A DNA stretch of 64,000 bases from Allosphingosinicella sp. Lineage in GTDB: Bacteria; Pseudomonadota; Alphaproteobacteria; Sphingomonadales; Sphingomonadaceae. The stretch is taken from NCBI GenBank assembly GCA_035942355.1, contig DASZDE010000073.1, forward strand, positions 8,773 through 72,772. Direction: 5' to 3'. A program made the position numbers and the translations under genes. Shown piece by piece: positions 60,690 to 64,000 of this stretch. The notes beneath the pieces were generated by a model. It was not told the origin of the DNA and made no database searches. It saw only the letters and a list, made by a program, of their open reading frames with translations. Each line of letters starts with the position of its first letter. Position 1 is the first letter of the stretch.

Positions 60690-60907
60690 ACGATGCCCCC
60701 GCCCAGCATCAGCCGGAGGACGGCGATCACGATCACCACCAGGTTGAGGTTGCGGCCGCTCTTGCCGCTCGACAGCATGCCGAGCACAAGGCCGATCACC
60801 GGCAGCGGCAGGATGAGCCAATTGGCCCAGCCGAGGAACGGCAGGAACGCCAGGGCAGTCAGCACGAGCGCAACGCCGCCGATGATGAGCGAGAGGAGGT
60901 TCAGCAT
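60686..60907 (-). CDS. Small membrane protein
   Basis: MLNLLSLIIG...PFLGWANW...GRNLN...RLMLGGGIV. Confidence 0.75.
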   Translation of the reverse strand: MLNLLSLIIGGVALVLTALAFLPFLGWANWLILPLPVIGLVLGMLSSGKSGRNLNLVVIVIAVLRLMLGGGIV

Positions 60908-60914
60908 GGCGCGA

Positions 60915-61862
60915 TCATGAGGCCCCGCACGGCTCGACGCAAGCCTCCGTTGGCACGGCGGCGGCGCGGGCGCGGGCGGCGGCGCGGCCGAGCCGGTAGC
61001 CTTCGGCGGCGAAGATGGCGAGCGCGGCCCAGATCGCGGCGAAGCAAGCCAGGTGCGACGGCGTGAGCGGCTCGCCGAACGCGAACACCGCCAGCAGGAA
61101 TTGGATGGAGGGCGCGACATATTGAAGGAAGCCCAGCGTCGAATAAGGCAGGCGCTTGGCGGCGGCGGTGAACAGCAGCAGCGGCACCGCCGTCACCGCT
61201 CCCGACAGGATGAGCAGGACGTCCGTCACCGGATCGGACCCGAAGCCGCTTCGCGCATCCTGCTGCAAATAGAGCACCCAGCCGAGCGCGAGGGGCGCGA
61301 GCAGCAGGGTCTCTATCGACAGCCCTTCGATCGCCTCGACCGGCGTCACCTTGCGGATGAAACCGTAGAGCGCGAAGCTCGCCGCGAGCGCCAGGCTGAT
61401 CCACAGGCCCTCGCCGGCACCGGCCGCGAGCACCGCGACGCCGGCCGCCGCCAGCGCGACGGCCGTGATTTGGGGCCGCGTCAGCCGCTCCTTGAGCAGC
61501 ACGACGCCCAGCAGCACGTTGACCAGGGGGTTGAGATAATAGCCAAGGCTGCCGGCCAGCACGTGGTCGTTCATCACGGCCCAGATGTAGATCAGCCAGT
61601 TCATCCCGATCAAAGCCGCGGTGGCGGCGAGCGTCCGCACCACCCTCCGCTGTCCTAGCGCGGCGCGGATTGCCGGCCACCTTTTCCACAATGTCGCGAG
61701 CGCACCGAGGAAAAGGAGCGACCAAAGTATACGGTGCGCTACCAGCTCGCTCGGCAGCACGCCCGCCACCGCCTTGAAGTAGAGCGGCAGGAAGCCCCAC
61801 AGGAAATAGGCGCCGAGCCCGAGCAGCAGGCCGGCGCGGGTGCGCGCGGGATCGGCAGTCAT
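60915..61862 (-). CDS. rarD: EamA family transporter RarD
   Basis: AYFLWGFLPLYFK, HRILWS, SLGYYLNPL, LGFLQYVAPS. Confidence 0.93.
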   Translation of the reverse strand: MTADPARTRAGLLLGLGAYFLWGFLPLYFKAVAGVLPSELVAHRILWSLLFLGALATLWKRWPAIRAALGQRRVVRTLAATAALIGMNWLIYIWAVMNDHVLAGSLGYYLNPLVNVLLGVVLLKERLTRPQITAVALAAAGVAVLAAGAGEGLWISLALAASFALYGFIRKVTPVEAIEGLSIETLLLAPLALGWVLYLQQDARSGFGSDPVTDVLLILSGAVTAVPLLLFTAAAKRLPYSTLGFLQYVAPSIQFLLAVFAFGEPLTPSHLACFAAIWAALAIFAAEGYRLGRAAARARAAAVPTEACVEPCGAS

Positions 61863-62015
61863 CCGGGGCCGCCTAGATCAGTGGCGGCGGGCGCACAAGG
61901 GCGGCCGGGCTTGGTGCGCGTTTCGCGCGTTCGGCGCAAATCGACCACAGTTCGTCCTGCCGGCCCGCCGTTAATCTTGTATGCGCGGCGGCTGTGGTGG
62001 TGGGATTCGCTCGGC

Positions 62016-62711
62016 GTGGGGAGCAACCGTATATCTTTCGAGCATTGGCTGACCCTCGGGCTGCTTGCGCTTGCCGGCTGCGCGCCCGTCACGCCTCCAC
62101 CGACCCCGGCGGCGGTCGCCGTCGCCGAGCCCGAACCGGCGCAATGGCAGCGTATCGCCAGCGCCGAGGATCAGGACCGCATCGCCCGTCTCGACAGCGC
62201 CTGGACCGCGGCGCTCGGCGAAGCGCGCTCGCGCGGCTTTACCGGCGCGGTCGCCGACGAGGCCGAGCTGCTCGATCCGGCCGCAGCGCTGCCGCGCGCC
62301 GCCCCGCCGCCCGGCCCCTATCATTGCCGGGTCATCAAGCTCGGGATCCAGGGAAAGGGAGAGGGCGCGTACCGGGCCTTCCCTCCTTTCTTCTGCTACG
62401 TCGAGGCCGAGGGGCCGCTGCTGACCATCGTCAAGCAGACCGGCTCGCAGCGCCCGGCGGGCCGGCTCTACCCGGCGACCGACCAGCGCCTCATCTTCCT
62501 CGGCACGCTCGCCCTGGGCGACGAGCAGGCGCCGCTCCCTTATGGCGAGAATCCCGCGCGCGACATGGCCGGCGTGGTCGAACGCGTGGCCCCGTTCCGC
62601 TGGCGGCTGGTGATCCCGTGGCCGCGCACCGAATCCAAGCTCGACGTGTTCGAATTGGTTCCGGTCGCGCCATCGGCTAGGCTGCGGCGGCAAACCGATG
62701 GGAGCTTGTGA
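62016..62711 (+). CDS. DUF4893-like lipoprotein
   Basis: Lipobox LAGC; PPPGPYHCRVIKLG, FFCYVE, KQTGSQRP.G, DVFEL; GTG start inferred. Confidence 0.75.
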   Translation: MGSNRISFEHWLTLGLLALAGCAPVTPPPTPAAVAVAEPEPAQWQRIASAEDQDRIARLDSAWTAALGEARSRGFTGAVADEAELLDPAAALPRAAPPPGPYHCRVIKLGIQGKGEGAYRAFPPFFCYVEAEGPLLTIVKQTGSQRPAGRLYPATDQRLIFLGTLALGDEQAPLPYGENPARDMAGVVERVAPFRWRLVIPWPRTESKLDVFELVPVAPSARLRRQTDGSL

Positions 62712-63259
62712 TGCGGATGACCGGATTGATCGCTGTTCTGGCCGTGGCGGCCGCCGCCGCCGCCTGCGATGGCAAGGTGGGAAATGAAGCCGACGAGGCG
62801 AGCGCCGGAGGCGACCCCGCCAATTCGACGGTGCCGGCCTCGGCCGAAGGCAAGGCCGAAGAGGGCCGCTTCTCGGTCAAGGCGCCGGGCTTCGACCTCA
62901 AGTTCGACATCCCCGACGGCATGGCGCAGAACGCCGAGTTCGACAGCGACAGCGAGGTGGTCTACCCCGGCGCGACGTTCAGCGGCATGCACATCGAGGC
63001 GGGCGAGCGCGGCGCCGGCGGGGACAACAGCGCGGTCGAGCTCCGCTTCACCAGCGCCGACGCCCCCGACAAGATCGCCGCCTGGTACCGAGACCCGGCC
63101 CGCGCCGAGGCGTTCGCGATCGTCTCGGCCGCCCGCGACGGCGACGGCTTCGTCATTTCGGGCCGCCAGGCCAAGGAGGGCGACACCTTCAAGGTCCGCC
63201 TCGCCCCGCGCGGCGGCGGCGGCACCGACGGCCGGCTGATCCTCGACCAGCAGGGCTGA
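62708..63259 (+). CDS. Hypothetical lipoprotein
   Basis: Lipobox-like AAAC; VYPGA, FTSADAPDKIAAWY; GTGA overlap with the upstream gene. Confidence 0.7.
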   Translation: MMRMTGLIAVLAVAAAAAACDGKVGNEADEASAGGDPANSTVPASAEGKAEEGRFSVKAPGFDLKFDIPDGMAQNAEFDSDSEVVYPGATFSGMHIEAGERGAGGDNSAVELRFTSADAPDKIAAWYRDPARAEAFAIVSAARDGDGFVISGRQAKEGDTFKVRLAPRGGGGTDGRLILDQQG

Positions 63260-63261
63260 GC

Positions 63262-63708
63262 GTGCCGGCGCTGGCCGAGCCCGCGGAGGTGCGCGACCTG
63301 CTGGTGGCGGCGGCCAAGGCGGGGACCGCGCTTAGCTATGGCGAGCTGCTCGAACGGCTGGGCTATTCCTTCTCCCGACCCAAGATGCGGGCGCTGTGCG
63401 CGATCCTCGGCAGCGTCGACGAGGAAGGCCTTGCCCGCGGCGAACCCGAGCTGGCCGTGCTTGTCGTCCGCCGCAGCGACGGCCTGCCGGGGCAGGGCTG
63501 GTGGGCCGCTCGGGGCCGTGGTTCCCCCGGCACGACTGCGGAATGCCGCGGGCAATCCGCACCTGAGCAAGGCGGCGGCCGCACCCGCGGCTATGAGGGG
63601 CCGTGGGAGGGACCGGAGGCGGCCCGCTTCATCGCTGAGGTGCAGGCGCAAACCTTCGCCTGGTGGCAGTCCGGAAACGGGACAGTCGCGGCGGAACCGG
63701 CCGGTTAA
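63262..63708 (+). CDS. Hypothetical protein, possible winged-helix fold
   Basis: LSYGELL...PELAVLVVRRSDGLPGQGWW. Confidence 0.6.
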   Translation: MPALAEPAEVRDLLVAAAKAGTALSYGELLERLGYSFSRPKMRALCAILGSVDEEGLARGEPELAVLVVRRSDGLPGQGWWAARGRGSPGTTAECRGQSAPEQGGGRTRGYEGPWEGPEAARFIAEVQAQTFAWWQSGNGTVAAEPAG

Positions 63709-63768
63709 CCATCTCTGCTCACCCATTGCCCGCGTTTTTGCGGCATAGCGGCGGCTGAGGTGCCCTTG

Positions 63769-64000
63769 ATGCTCGACCGTATTCCCGCGCTGCTTCGCTG
63801 TGCCGCCTGCGCCGCGGCCTTGGCCCTGGCCGCCTGCGAGGCCGGGCCGGACGAAGCCGAGCTCGCCCAGCTCGACAACCAGCTTACCGGCAACGAGGCC
63901 GATCCGGCGCTCACCAGCGCGCTCGAGGATCAGATCCTGGTTGATCCGTCGCTCGCGCAGCAGGCCAACACCAATTCGGTGCGGCCCCCGGAGACTCCGG
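63769..64000 (+). CDS. Hypothetical lipoprotein (runs off window end)
   Basis: Not in the track. MLDRIPALLR...LALAAC lipobox, DPALTSALEDQILVDP. Confidence 0.65.
   Translation, partial: MLDRIPALLRCAACAAALALAACEAGPDEAELAQLDNQLTGNEADPALTSALEDQILVDPSLAQQANTNSVRPPETP

Overview
High-GC alphaproteobacterial chromosome segment. The gene content and order (nifU-tsaB-rimI-mucR-fur-plsC-miaB-phoH-ybeY-corC, pccB-mce-scpA-pccA, DUF3617, DUF885 and SWFGD proteins) suggest Sphingomonadaceae; this is inference. I found no rRNA, tRNA, CRISPR array, transposase or integrase. The window holds about 70 CDS: two TonB-dependent receptors, a stress/heat-shock cluster, uvrB, the propionyl-CoA/methylmalonyl-CoA operon and a tRNA/rRNA maturation block. 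The stress cluster carries EcfG, RpoH, ROSE and CIRCE signals and a groEL with no groES. The most unusual observations are: (1) a LytS/LytTR pair with matching 21-bp-period boxes in front of the kinase and in front of an unannotated 33-aa hydrophobic peptide coupled to a 57-aa ORF; (2) a self-promoted ribbon-helix-helix cassette inserted in the pcc operon; (3) a hicA-hicB-higA locus that keeps only the C-terminal trace of higB; (4) palindromic REP/RPE-like elements translated inside scpA and miaB; (5) a single amber codon splitting phoH. All family assignments come from motif recognition by eye; no database search was run. Many starts were moved from the ORF track to a downstream codon with an RBS.
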